DNA from: Eledone cirrhosa
Taxonomy: Eukaryota
Direction of reading: 5' to 3'
Length of the DNA: 64,000 nt
Assembly: GCA_964016885.1 (NCBI GenBank)
Contig: OZ024740.1
Location: 408,394,001-408,458,000 of the forward strand
The notes beneath the pieces were generated by a model. The model saw nothing but the letters and a program-made list of their open reading frames with translations. It was not told the origin of the DNA and did no database searches. Made by a program: the position numbers and the translations under genes. How positions within the stretch are numbered: position 1 is the first letter of the stretch; every line of letters starts with the position of its first letter. This document shows, one piece after another, positions 12,509-24,800 of this stretch.

Positions 12509-14499
12509 AGAAAATGGAATCAATTTTAAAAGAAAGAGTATAGTTGAAGATAATAAACTGTTTCAAGAATAGACCAGATATATATTGGAATTTCAAGCAC
12601 CCTTCTTATATACTGAAATGGCACACTACACTAGGCATTTATAAGCTTTGCTTATCAGCTGTAAAAATGAAACGACAGAGTAGAACATTATGAAGAAATA
12701 GAAAAGTTTAAATGTAAGTTTGCCAAAATTGCTATTAAAAGTGTATTCTCTTTGTTTTTTTTATTATTGCATTGCATCATTCAGCTCTTTTTGAACAGAT
12801 CTATGGCATTGATTTAGCTTAGAGTTTGTTAGGGGAGATTAGACTGATGCATTCGGAAGTCAAGTAACTAGATAGATGCTTTCTCATTATCTAGTTCTCC
12901 CCCCATTTTTATTGCTGTTAATGTTTTATCAAGGTCATTGTGTAACAGTAGTAGTAGTAATAGCAGCATCAGCAGCAACAGTGGTAGTGGTGGTGGTGGT
13001 GGTAGCAGCAGCAGCAGCAGTGTTTTCAGTTGGCTCTTCGTTAGCAAGTCTGTGACAGTCACAACGAATTGAGTAAAGGAAAAATGCTAACAATTAGCAT
13101 TTTTATATATGGTTCCTCCACCTTTATTGTAAGAGTTTGTCTTAGAATTTTCAAGGTAAAACATGTTGTCTCTGGATGTATCATTAATAAGGTTGAGTGA
13201 TCACAGAAGCTCACTCATTGCTTTCTTACTTTCTCAGTTCTTTAGATTTTTGTGTCTGTAAATAACTGCCAAATATACCACCAGGCAATAAAATTTAATA
13301 TATAAATTGATTCAAAGATATGTTATATCTAATTTTTATCTTCATCATCTTTTTTTTTCACAACTATTAAGTGTCTGTATTGAAAATATGTTCTTCACAG
13401 CTGTTTTCCTCAGACTTCATTGTTCCTCATCTCAAAAGTTACTGTCAAAAATCTATTCATACGTCTTTTGAGTCTTACCTAAAGCAGATTAATATAACTG
13501 TTAACTGACTGAATCCTTTCTAAAATTCAGAAAATTATTAAAAATTCAATAAGATGAATATGGCAAGTTTTCTCACACACTGTATTCAATATTTTCTTAA
13601 TTCTTCTTGCTCTTACACGATGAGACTGGGGTTATCCTATGTCAGTGATCCCAGAGGCATCATCGTGCATAGAGCTGACCAGGTCCACCACTGCCCTGCA
13701 TAGCAGGTGGTCCCATGCCAGCCCTTCTGAATCCTCCAAGGTGATATTCAGGCACTGGAAATCTTCCTTGATGACATCCCTCCATCTTGATGACAACGCT
13801 TCCAACCTTTCATATTCAACACAGCAGTTTTTTCTCCATCGTTTTTACAGAAATGTTCTTTCTTCTCTCAAAATGTTTTTCCTAAAGTGTTCAATAAATG
13901 GAGAATATTAAAAGTCAACTTTTGGAGACATGTGTGCATGTATGGATGAAAGAGATGGTCATTGGCTGGTTTGATGAACAAACATATAAGTAAAGCGAAC
14001 ACACACTCATGCGCATGTGCACAAACACACACACACACTTGCACACATACACACACATCAACTAAACCTTTTTGTTTCTTTTCTATTCATTGCTCTTTTC
14101 AACTGTATGATTATCAGAAGGTGTCATATTTTCATATCATATATAACAATCACAATTCCCATGTGTGTCTGTGTGATTGTTAGTGATTGTGTACATATAT
14201 AAATATGTGCAATACATACATATACATGTAGACAGACAATATGTTATCTTTTGAACCACTCATAAATATTTTTATTTTATGCTTTTCAAATCTAACTACT
14301 GCTATAAATAATAAAACACTGAGACATTTTAACATTTTCATATTAGCTATCTTCTACCTTTAAACTATATTCATAAAATAATCTTCAAACCAAAAACCAA
14401 TTGGCAACTGTTGTGATATCAAGCTAGAAGAGAATACTAAAGTAGTTCCCTCATATTTTTCTGTAATCTCTGTAATATATATATATATATATTTGTTTT

Positions 14500-14691
14500 G
14501 CGAGGTTTTTGATATGAAATTGTGTGTCGAAACAAATATTGTTATACTTGGGGAGGGTCATATTGAATTAATAACAGAACACACTCACTGTTTGGTTGGT
14601 TTTCCCTTCTGTAACCAAACAGTGAGTGTGTTCTGTTATTAATTCTGGCAATATTATTACAACAATATGACCCTCCTCGAGTATAACAATA
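14500..14691. repeat. Fold-back (palindromic) insertion in (TA)n
   Basis: Inner arms GAATTAATAACAGAACACACTCACTGTTTGGTT and its exact reverse complement. Outer arms ATATTGTTATACTTGGGAGGGTCATATTG / CAATATGACCCTCCTCGAGTATAACAATAT. Confidence 0.85.
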
Positions 14692-14857
14692 TATATATAT
14701 ATATATATATGTTTATCCCAGGTTCAATCGGGAGTAACCAAAGTAAGTAAGGTACTCAACAGTTCTAGTCCTGTAGAAGCCATTTCTATACTAAATATAA
14801 TATATATATATCATCATCATCATCATTTTACGTCCGCTTTCCCTGCTTGCAAGGGTG

Positions 14858-14900
<43 letters not shown>

Positions 14901-15084
14901 TTCAATGTAGTCTACCCTTTGTGGTAGGGTCTGTACCGTAGATAAAACTCAATGTAATCCGATAGCGAGTAATCAATATTATTAACCTTCCGAAACGATC
15001 ATAAAACAATGATATGAATAGGTAAGACTTTGTTATTGTTTTCATTGTTAAATAATATTTAACATATATATATATATATATGTA

Positions 15085-15340
15085 TGATGTGTTGTTTCCT
15101 TGAGCAAGACACTTTATTTCACATTGCTCCAGTTTACTCAGCTGTAGAAATGAGATGATAGGACTGGGGTCCCTATCATTCCACTGCAAAGTGGATGTGT
15201 AGGCGCCACGGAAAAAAGCACCCAGCACTCACTGTAAATGAGGTTGGTGTTAGGAAGGGCATTTAGCTGTAGAAATCAAGCCAAAATCAGTTTCCGCTCC
15301 ACCCTTGCAAGCAGGGAAAAGCGGACGTAAAATGATGATG
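15085..15340 (+). mobile_element. SINE family 2 with RTE-derived tail, 5'-truncated
   Basis: ccttgagcaagacactttatttcac core, then a hairpin, RTE 3' UTR sequence and (ATG)n. Confidence 0.75.
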
Positions 15341-15417
<77 letters not shown>

Positions 15418-15476
15418 TATATATATATATATGTATATATATATTATATATATATTATATTATATATATAATATAA

Positions 15477-15526
<50 letters not shown>

Positions 15527-15903
15527 GGCAAAAAGCAGCCACCACACACTGTAAATGAGGTTGGTGTTAGGAAGGGCATCCATCTGTAGAAATCTAGCCA
15601 AAATCAGTTCCCGTCCCACCCTTGCAAGCAGGGAAAAGCGGACATAAAATGATGATGATGATATATATATATGTATATATATATTATATATATATATGGC
15701 AAAAAGCACCCAGCACACACTGTCAATGTGGTTGGCGTTAGGAAGGGCATCCAGCCATAGAAAACCAACCAGAAACATTTCATATATGAGTGAGACATGG
15801 TCACTCAACCCAACTTACCTTAAATGGGACAAACCTGTCTAACCCATGCCAGCGTGGAAGATAGACGTTAATCAATGATGATGTTGATGATGATTATTGG
15901 TGA

Positions 15904-16213
15904 AACGGGATCTTCTGAAACTAACAAAGTCAATCTGTGAACGCAGAAGTGAATATTTCAAAAAACGTTGCAACCGGAAGAAGACAGGAAGACGATACTT
16001 TGCAACGTGTTTTGAAATATTCACTTCTGCGTTCACAGATTGACTTTATTAGTTTCAGAAGATCCCGTTAAGGGTGAAAGCAACGATTCTTTGCTTAAAC
16101 TTTAATCTGTTATTTTAATAAATATTTGCTCTTCGGTTCTTATATATTTGACATATATTTATCCTTATCGAGCCCTCTTTGGATTTTAGTCTCCAAATTT
16201 ATTATTATTACTA
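15904..16213 (+). mobile_element. Non-coding PLE-like 3' fragment (CAGAAGA-hammerhead family), copy 1, with 5' inversion
   Basis: 15904-15973 is an inverted copy of 16001-16069. The body is nearly identical to 58530-58723 and to parts of 23425-23590. Confidence 0.75.
16051..16101 (+). ncRNA. Candidate type I hammerhead, non-canonical CAGAAGA core
   Basis: AGTTT-CAGAAGA-t-CCC gttaa GGG-t-GAAA-GCAA cgattct TTGC-TT-AAACT. All three stems close correctly around the core. Confidence 0.58.
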
Positions 16214-16541
16214 TCCACCCGATCCACACCACCCCGTTCTATGTAAAGTTATGTTGGTGCCGCGCCATCGAGGCCGAAACAAATGAGATCGTGTAGGTGT
16301 CACGACAAAAAAACACACAGTCCACGCTGTAATGTGGCCGTGTAGGCAACACGGTAAAAACCTCCCAGACCCACACTGTAAATGTGGTTGGTGTTAGGAA
16401 GGGCATCCAACTGTAGAAAACCTGCCAGACAGTCCTATGCGAGCAAGACAATCACTCTTGCCTCAAGTGGGACTACCCCCGTCCAAACCCATGCAAGCGT
16501 GGAACACGGACGTTAAACGCTGATGATGATGATGATGATGA

Positions 16542-16597
<56 letters not shown>

Positions 16598-16868
16598 TAT
16601 AGGTAATTCTGTGAATTACTGGTGTTGGTACCAATCAACTGTGAAGTGCCTGTAACAGGATGATAATCAATAAAAGCATGTAAATGAAACTTCATCGTTT
16701 TTTTCCCATACATATATATGTATCATTTGATTTTTTTTTTTTTTTAGTATTTTAATATTAATAAAAAGTTATATAAAATTTAAAAAGGGTTTATACTCAT
16801 AAAAGTTGTATGCAAAATGTATAAAAAAAAAAGTTGATTCATTATATTAGATATTACTGATAATGAAC

Positions 16869-17560
16869 AGCAAAGCATAAATGAACTAAATGAGAAATTA
16901 GGTATAAGACAGATCAGATGCTGTTTACTTGAGAGAAGACTACGTTGGTATGGTCACGTGATGCGCATGAAAGACGACAGCTGTATAAAAAAGTGCAGGG
17001 CGATCATAATTGACAGTAGTTACGGAGTAGGTAGACCCAGAAAAACCTGGGACGATTTGATAAATTCCGACCTTACTCTCTTACACCTCTCTAAGACAAT
17101 GTCACTGGACCAAGATCTTTGGCGCTACGCAGTAATACAGAAAACCCGCCTTGCCTAAGTACAAAGCGAAACCTACAGTCAGTAGGCACCTCTTAATCAA
17201 ATATACACACCCCTTCCACTACCCCAACTCCACCAGCCCCACTCCCGCCAACACCACCCTTTCTCTGTAAAGTTATGTTGGTACCACAACATGCAGTCCT
17301 AAACAAATGAGGTCGTGTAGGTGTCATGACAAAAAAAACACGCAGTCCACGCTGTAATGTGGCCGTGTAGGTAACACGGTAAAAACCTTCCAGTCCACAC
17401 TGTAAACGTGGTTGGTGTTAGGAAGGGCATCCAGCCGTAGAAAACCTGCCAGACAGTCCTATACGATCGAGATGACCAATCTTGCCTCAAGTGGAACAAT
17501 TCCCATCTAAACCCATGCTAGCGTAGAAGATAGACATTAAACGACGATGATGATGATGAT
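16869..17560 (+). mobile_element. RTE-clade LINE 3' end
   Basis: Reads ERRLRWYGHVMRMKDDSCIKKC..GRPRKTWDDLI, then the 3' UTR and an (ATG)n tail. Confidence 0.85.
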
Positions 17561-17659
17561 AGTTGTAAGCAAATTTCTAAACAAAAGAAAAGTAATTTGA
17601 ATGCAATAGGTATAGAAAATATAAGGTTTCGGTTTTTATCAGCAGCAATAGAGCAAAGG

Positions 17660-17916
17660 TTAAGCACATGGCTTAATGGTTAGAGCATTGGGCTTGCAAT
17701 CGAAAGGTTGTGAGTTCAATTCTTGGACCGGGTGAGGTGTTGTTTCCTTGAGCAAGACACTTTATTTCACGTTGCTCCAGTTTACTCAGCTATAGAAATG
17801 AGATGATAGGACTGGGGTCCCTATCATTAATAATTACCCAAGACACCTCCAACGAGATATACCTTGGGGGAGGCCAGCTAAACCTGCATAGGTGTGAGCT
17901 GTCACACACACACACA
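17660..17916 (+). mobile_element. tRNA-derived SINE family 2 (CORE-like), (CA)n-tail variant
   Basis: A box tggcttaatggttag, B box gagttcaattc, 14-bp TSD CAATAGAGCAAAGG (17646-17659 / 17917-17930). Confidence 0.85.
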
Positions 17917-17947
17917 CAATAGAGCAAAGGAAATAGCAGATCATTAA

Positions 17948-18165
17948 CCTTTTAGCATTTAAACTGGCCATATCTGGCCATAATTCTCTCACCTCTTTCT
18001 GTTCAAACTGGTCGTAACTGGCCGCTCATACTGACGTTAACGCATTGTTCTCAAAATATATATCAAAATCTAGTGGATTCGATATTATGTGAGATAATCA
18101 TGTGAGATAAAGCCTTTTAGGTGAAAATATAATAGTAAATATAGAGTAATGTCAATGCTAAAGGG
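17948..18165. mobile_element. TTAA MITE family A copy
   Basis: TTAA|CCTTTTAGCATT..AATGCTAAAGGG|TTAA. Confidence 0.85.
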
Positions 18166-18541
18166 TTAAAGTGTTTGACAAACTGTCTCATGGTATTTAG
18201 TTACTGCTTTTTACATCCTGAGTTCAAGCCCCACCAAGATCAACTTTGCTATTCATCTTTGTGGCATCAAATAGGGTTCCAGTGAATTACTGTGGTTGGT
18301 TTAATTAAATAATTCCTCCCACCAAATTTCAATGGCAGAGCTTTCTCATTGATATGTGAATGTACTTGAATGTTGATAATGGTGTTGGTGAGTTTACCAT
18401 CCAGTTACTTAAAGTGGAAAATGGACTTCTTGAAAAGGACTCCAGTGACTAATATTCATTTGGTCATATCATTGAAATAGAACAGGAACTGATTGCCAGT
18501 CTTTTCTAACATTCACATCAGACAATGTGATGCAGCCTTAA

Positions 18542-18724
18542 CCCTTTAGCATTCACATTACTCTATATATACTATTATATTTTCATGGTAAATGCTTTAT
18601 CTCACATAATATCGAATCTATGAGATTTTGAAAGTATTTAAGTTTGAGTGACCAGTTACAGCCAGTTTCAACAGAAAAGGGTAAAGAATTCTGGCTGGTT
18701 TGGGCCAGTTTGAACATTAAAGGG
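18542..18724. mobile_element. TTAA MITE family A copy (opposite orientation, internally deleted)
   Basis: TTAA|CCCTTTAGCATTC..ACATTAAAGGG|TTAA. Confidence 0.82.
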
Positions 18725-20163
18725 TTAAACCAATAGGAAGCCCTCCATACATTCTGATGGTTGGAACATTAATTTTGCTACTTTGTAATCTAGATCTTCC
18801 AAAAGTGTGGAATGGTATAGGACTCAAATTCAACAATAGGCTGTTTCATGTCCTGGAGTTTAAAATTTTCTGGTGATAATTGTTTCACTCCCACTACCTC
18901 TGAAGACTGGTTTACTATTTGAATTTCAAAGGCTTCAATTTCTTGTTAGACTCAGTTTTATTATCAATAAAAGTTGTCGGATTGGATCTGGCAAATACTA
19001 CCTTTTCACATGGTCATATTCCTCATCATTTTATGTCCTCTTTCCACTCTGATATACATTAGACACGTTGTCATGTGTTGAAACCAGTTAGGTGAGAGCG
19101 ACCTAGCTCATTATGTACCATATTTGGCAGGGTTTCTACAGCTGGATACTCTTCTTAACACCAACTACCTTATAGAATGTGCTGGATTTGTTTTTCATGA
19201 CATTAGCCTGAGTGTGTTTTTTGTGACATTGGGACTACCTCTTTACAGAGTGAACTGGGTGCATTTTATTTGGTACCAAGACTAACTCTTTACAGGGTGT
19301 AATGGGTGCATTATATTGAGGCACCACCATTAGAGTGGTTGTCACATGTTAGGCTAGACTGGAGAGCCTCTCCAATCCAATATTTGATTTCAATTGCCAA
19401 ACTCTGTGGCCTCTGATCTCTCACCATGTTTATTTTGTGTGTTCATATTCATGAGATTCAGTTTCTTGAGGTCGTTCTTTACAATTTTATCCCTTATCTT
19501 CCTTGGTCTTGGCTGTCTTTCCAAATTTAAATTTACTGTAATCCTTATTAATACTTGTCAGGTAATTAAAGATGCCAGAGGTATTTTGAGGTGAAATCCA
19601 TACTACATACTTCCCAAATTATGCCCTCTTTAAATTATGTTACAAGTTCACTCAATAAGAGTTGCAGTGAACTATTTATGCGAATGAACACAGCAGACGT
19701 GGATGCAACTAGTGTATATAAAATTAGGACTTGCGATATTTACATATTGTTGTTATTATGGCTAACCTGGATAGGTTTAATCAGCCTCTTATGAGGTTGC
19801 ATCTCATAGGAATTTTGAGGGTTATTTCATAGGAAATAATTGAAAATGTATAAATCTAACTTGGCTTTCTTTGATTTACTGAACCACTCTTGAATTTTTA
19901 TATTTTGCATATATATATATATTAAAAAAGTCTTCAGCATTCAGTATTTTGATCATCCGGAGTTCCGTTTTTGCAGAAAAAATATTTCCTTCACTGACAA
20001 CATATATAGTGCTTCAATGTTTCTATCAGCTATATATAAAGTAGTTAAAAACATTATTGGAATGAAGCTTAAATCATGTTTTTCCTGAACAATTGTTCTT
20101 ACGGTTAGCAATTGTAACCCAAACTTAAGAAGCTGTAAATAATCATCATTCTCCCATCCACCG

Positions 20164-20224
<61 letters not shown>

Positions 20225-20399
20225 CTTCCTTCTCTCTCTCTCCCTCCTTCTCTCTCTCTATATATATATATATAGATATGTATATATCTATCTAAATAGA
20301 TAGATATGTATATATCTATCTAAATCACTCATTGTCTCCATAATCACTTTGCTTCCCTCTCTCCATGTCTTTTTATGCATGTCTCCCATTTTTTATCGT

Positions 20400-20452
<53 letters not shown>

Positions 20453-20868
20453 CTCTCTCCCTCTCTCCGTCTTGTTTAAATTTTTGACACTGATACAAAA
20501 TATATGCAAAAAATAAATTTAAAACCATTGCTATTGAGTTTTCGAAATAAATGCTATTCATATGTATTGACGAGAGATGGGGAAAGTAGGAGAGATGGGG
20601 AGAGCAAGAGAGATGGGGAGAGTAGGAGAGATGGGGAGAGCAAGAGAGATGGGAGAGTAGGAGAGATGGAAGCAGTGACAATGGCAATTTGATTCCATTA
20701 TGTTCATTGACCCTAACTATATAACATCTACGGTATATATTCTGGTTTATAGCTTTGCCCTATAGACATCTATTTATTTCATTTTTTTCATCTCTGTGCC
20801 TACATTGTGTGTGAAATTTGATATATGTAAACTGAGTGGAAACCTGTTGTGCGTCTGTGTGTATATAG

Positions 20869-20901
<33 letters not shown>

Positions 20902-21117
20902 AAGGCACGTGGCTGAGTGGTTAGAGAATTGGATTTGCCATCATAAGGTTTTGATTTTGATTCCCGGACCAAGTGACGCATTATATCCTTGGGCAAGACA
21001 CTTTATTTCACATTGCTCCTTCTACCTAGAGTTGCGACCGATAGATAGTATTAGCAATTGGAAAGACCAATGGAAACATTGTTTCCTCAGTCCTATTTGA
21101 CGAAAGTTGATTGACTG

Positions 21118-21296
21118 TCTTCTTCTTCTTCTTCTTCTTCTTCTTCTTCTTCTTCTTCTTCTTTTTTTTTTTCTCTTCTTCTTCTTCTTCTTCTTCTTCT
21201 TTTTCTTCTTCTTCTTCTTCTTCTTCTTCTTCTTCTCCTCCTCCTCCTCCTCCTCCTCCTCCTCCTCCTCCTCCTCCTCCTCCTTCTCCTCCTCCT
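21118..21296. repeat. (CTT)n(CCT)n polypyrimidine microsatellite
   Basis: About 180 bp of pure pyrimidine tract, read directly. Confidence 0.95.
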
Positions 21297-21326
21297 TATA
21301 TAGCAATCATCGTATTTTATATTACA

Positions 21327-22152
21327 CTATCTGAATGACCCAGCGTTGCCCAGGTTACTGCTGTTCTTATTCAGATTAGTAAATAATAAATATGGAGGCA
21401 TATTTTTTTTTCTCATAATTATTTCAAAATATCTACATTTTATAAAAAAAAAAATGAAAATTGTAATGATAATAGAATTTAGAAATGAAAATCTGTCAAT
21501 CTTGAAGCAGCTGAAGGTAAACAATATTCATTGTGTTATTTTTTGTTGGTGTCCAGATGAATAAATTGTTGCTGCTTCCAACTCATGTACAACCAACATA
21601 GAGTTGACTAGGGGAGAAACAGGTAGCAGAGAGATCAAGTCCAACTACCTTGAGGGATTGACCCTGAGATTTGTTAATTGAAATAACAAAACTTAGTTTG
21701 ACTGGTAATTGAAGCTTCTTAAATTCAACCTCAGATACACTCACACGCATATACTTGTCAGTCATCACATATGTATATGTACGTGTAGATGTGTGTGTTT
21801 AATTCTCTGTGTATCTGATTAAATGTTTACATGAAGATGTATGTGTATGTAACTTCCTAAGGCCTAACATATGTAACTAACACACAAACACACACACACA
21901 CTCCCAGACACATACACACTCATACACAAAATGTGACATCGTCGTCATCATGTTATAAATTGTTGTTTACTTTTAGTCTATAGTAGAATATTTTAGATAA
22001 AATGTTATATTGTTTTAATCCAAATAAAAAAAAATTACATGTTGTTAATCCTGGGGTCTAATACTATTACCTTGTAAAATTTGTTTTGATTTGGTCAAGC
22101 CATTTGAGAATGCATAAAGAAACAGAGAGACAATGAATTTTATAGAGAGAGA
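21327..22152 (-). mobile_element. Non-autonomous Helitron with PIF1-helicase remnant
   Basis: 21583-21768 encodes FKKLQLPVKLSFVISINKSQGQSLKVVGLDL..SQLYVGC (C-terminal helicase motifs). The minus-strand 3' end has a GC hairpin cctgggcaacgctgggt followed by ATAG (degenerate CTAG). The putative 5' end is A|TC at 22152. Confidence 0.75.
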
Positions 22153-22349
22153 TTCACTTAAATCAATTATCCATTTAATTCAATTTCTATAATTTTCTCA
22201 TATTTTAAAAAAAAAATCTTTACCAAACATAATTTCATTTTAAGTATTATCTTTAACTATATATATATATGCACTATATATCACTATATGTATATATATA
22301 TATCCACTAAATGAAATCATACATAAATACACACACACATATGCATATA

Positions 22350-23395
22350 TCATCATCATTGATTAGCATCCATCTTGCACGCTAGCATGGATTAGACAGG
22401 TCCCATTTAGAGGCAAGTTGAGTCAGGTGACCGTGTCTCACTCATATAGGACTGTTTCTGGCCGGTTTTCTATGGCTGGATGCCCTTCCTAACACCAACC
22501 ACATTTACAGTGTATGCTGGGTGCTTGTTGCCATGTCTTTTACACGTCCACTTTAGAGTATGGGCTGGGGGGGTTACTGTACATATGCTTCAGTTTGTGC
22601 TCATGGGAAGTCTGGTCTTCTGTATTATTGCGTATCACCAGAGATCCCAGTCATGTGTCATCACCTTTGAGAGGTGCAATTGGGCAAGGTCGGCTTTTAT
22701 CACCTCATCCCAAGTCTTCCTGGGTCTCCCCACTCCAAGGCTGCCAAAGACTTTGAGCGCTCTGCACTTTTTATGCAGCTGTCATCCTTCATGGAATCTC
22801 CTCTCCTGCACACATCATTTGACTCCTCTTCTGCCTAGTCTCTCTCTCAGTTCATTTATGCTTCGCCATTCTTGCATGTTACCATTACACATCCATCGGA
22901 ACATGCAGGCTTCATTTCTTTCCAATCTATGCAAGTCTTGTGCACACAGTGCCCAAGTCTCACTACCATGCAACATAGCTGTACGTACACACACATCAAA
23001 CAGCCTGCCTTTCATTCTGAGGGAGAAGCCTTTTGTAGCCAGCAGTGATAGTAGCTCCCTGAACTTCCTCCCTTCCGTTCTTACTCTGGTTACTGTACTT
23101 TCAGAACATCCACTACCACTGCTAATTCGGTCACCTAAGTAACAGAAGCTGTCTACTGTTTCTACAGAGCCCTCTGAGAATTTGGTAGCGCTTGTTTTCT
23201 GTGGTTGTTTACTGCTATATGTAAAGCCTACATTCTTAACTAAACTTCCTGAGATCCCACTACATCTCTTGTGTACCCACGTTTTACATATAGAGCAGAG
23301 GATGAAATTTCTACCAATGCCTTTCCTACATACTGAGCAAGGCCATTTCCCTGAAGGAGATCTTAGTTCTGTTTTCTCTTCTACTTACTAGAACC
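22350..23395 (-). mobile_element. RTE-clade LINE, truncated
   Basis: Reads KGRLFDVCVRTAMLHGSETWAL..LERNEACMFRWMC, with a (CAT)n tail at 22350. Confidence 0.85.
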
Positions 23396-23424
23396 AAGAT
23401 CGCCCTCCTATATATATATATATA

Positions 23425-23584
23425 TAGTAATAATAATAAATTTGAAGACTAAAATCCAAAGAGGGCTCGATAAGGATAAATATATATCAAATATATAAGA
23501 ACCGTAGAGCAAATATTTATTTCAGAAGATCCCGTTGAGGGTGAAAGCAACGATTCTTTGCTTAAACTTTAATCTGTTATTTTA

Positions 23585-23590
<6 letters not shown>
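23425..23590 (+). mobile_element. CAGAAGA-hammerhead family, copy 2 (inverted 3' tail plus forward hammerhead)
   Basis: About 23425-23519 is the reverse complement of the family 3' tail. 23520-23568 is the hammerhead-like motif. (TA)n flanks both sides. Confidence 0.72.
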
Positions 23591-23624
<34 letters not shown>

Positions 23625-23628
23625 GCAT

Positions 23629-23709
<81 letters not shown>

Positions 23710-23927
23710 AGAGTATTGAAGTTTGCTTGAAGCATTGTGGAACAATAAGTAAATATCTTTAAGTCGTTTGGAAGCCTCGACAATGCAAATGGGTAAATCT
23801 CCGGGTAACAAGGTTCGGTAGTGGAGAGAGAGATGTAAGTGGGTGTACGTTGAGATGCGTGGTGTGTATAAGATGTGTGAGATGTGTAGAATGAAGGGAA
23901 GAGTATAAAGGATAAAATAGAAATAAC

Positions 23928-23998
23928 AACACAAGAGAGAGTTACCTTGGGAGAGATTTAATAAATAAATCTCTCCCAAGGTAACTCTCTCTTGTGTT
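23928..23998. repeat. Perfect 33-bp inverted repeat with 5-nt loop
   Basis: AACACAAGAGAGAGTTACCTTGGGAGAGATTTA ataaa TAAATCTCTCCCAAGGTAACTCTCTCTTGTGTT. Confidence 0.9.
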
Positions 23999-24356
23999 AT
24001 TCCCTCAGATGTTTGTAAGTGGAGTTGGTTGTATCGAAAGTGTTGTTGCCATAGTAAGAACAGGTTGGAAGAAGTTCAGAGAGCTGTTAGTTCTGCTGGC
24101 AACAAAAGACTTGTTTTTCAAAGTGAATGGCAGATCATATGACCCTTAATGTAGAGGATCTTTGATGGTTGAAAGAAATGAAACATGAATACTTGGTCAG
24201 ATGTTTGATATTAGTGTATGTGAACAAGTAACTACAAATTCATCTTATCTACTGGACACTTTTGAATTGATCTACTATTTGAACATTCTTCGTGTAATAT
24301 GTATTACAATTTGAAGTAACCATATTTTAGTTTTGTGAAGTGAAATTTACTGATAT

Positions 24357-24800
24357 ATCATCTTCATCATCACCATTTAATGTTTATTTTTCCATGCTAG
24401 CATGGGTTAGGCAAGTTGTCCAGTTATGAGATAGGCCAGGTCAGATGACCATGTCTTGCTCATACAGAACTGATTTTGGCTTGGTTTCTATGGCTGGATG
24501 CCCTTCCTAATGTCAAACATATTTACAGTATGTACTGGGTGCTTTTTGTCATGACACCTACACAACCACTTTACAGTGTGGGCTGGGTGCTTTTTGCCGT
24601 GACACCTACATGACCACTTTACAGTGTGGGCTGGGCACTTTTTGTCATGTCGTCATCACAACCATTTTACAATGTGAGCTGGGGACTTTGGTGAGGGAGG
24701 TGTATGAAAGGGGAAATAGAGGTGAAGGTGGTGCATACTAGATGCATGCTTCAGTCTGTGCTCATGGGAAGGCGGGTCTTCTGTATTACTGCATAATGCC
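24357..24800 (-). mobile_element. RTE-clade LINE 3' UTR with four internal ~40-bp repeats
   Basis: (CAT)n tail, ggctggatgcccttcctaa motif and repeated cactttacagtgtgggctgggtgcttttt units. Confidence 0.75.

Noticed and set aside
14370-14400. IIFKPK peptide resembling FAM20B VVFKPK
   Set aside because: There is no upstream GTQLK motif and no phase-2 donor after it, so it is a chance match.
20576-20670. 20-bp GA-rich tandem repeat giving an RDGES peptide repeat
   Set aside because: A simple minisatellite with no splice or coding support.
21022-21338. Poly-E/K/R, poly-L/F/S and similar ORFs, plus the many IYIY/CVCV/THTH ORFs across the window
   Set aside because: These are translations of microsatellites, not genes.
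22480-23142. 220-aa + strand ORF and similar ORFs at 53352, 59968, 60292 and 60775
   Set aside because: They are antisense shadows of RTE LINE coding sequence.
24520-24685. Regularly spaced ~40-bp repeats superficially like a CRISPR array
   Set aside because: The units are tandem without unique spacers, lie inside an RTE 3' UTR in eukaryotic DNA, and no cas genes are present.
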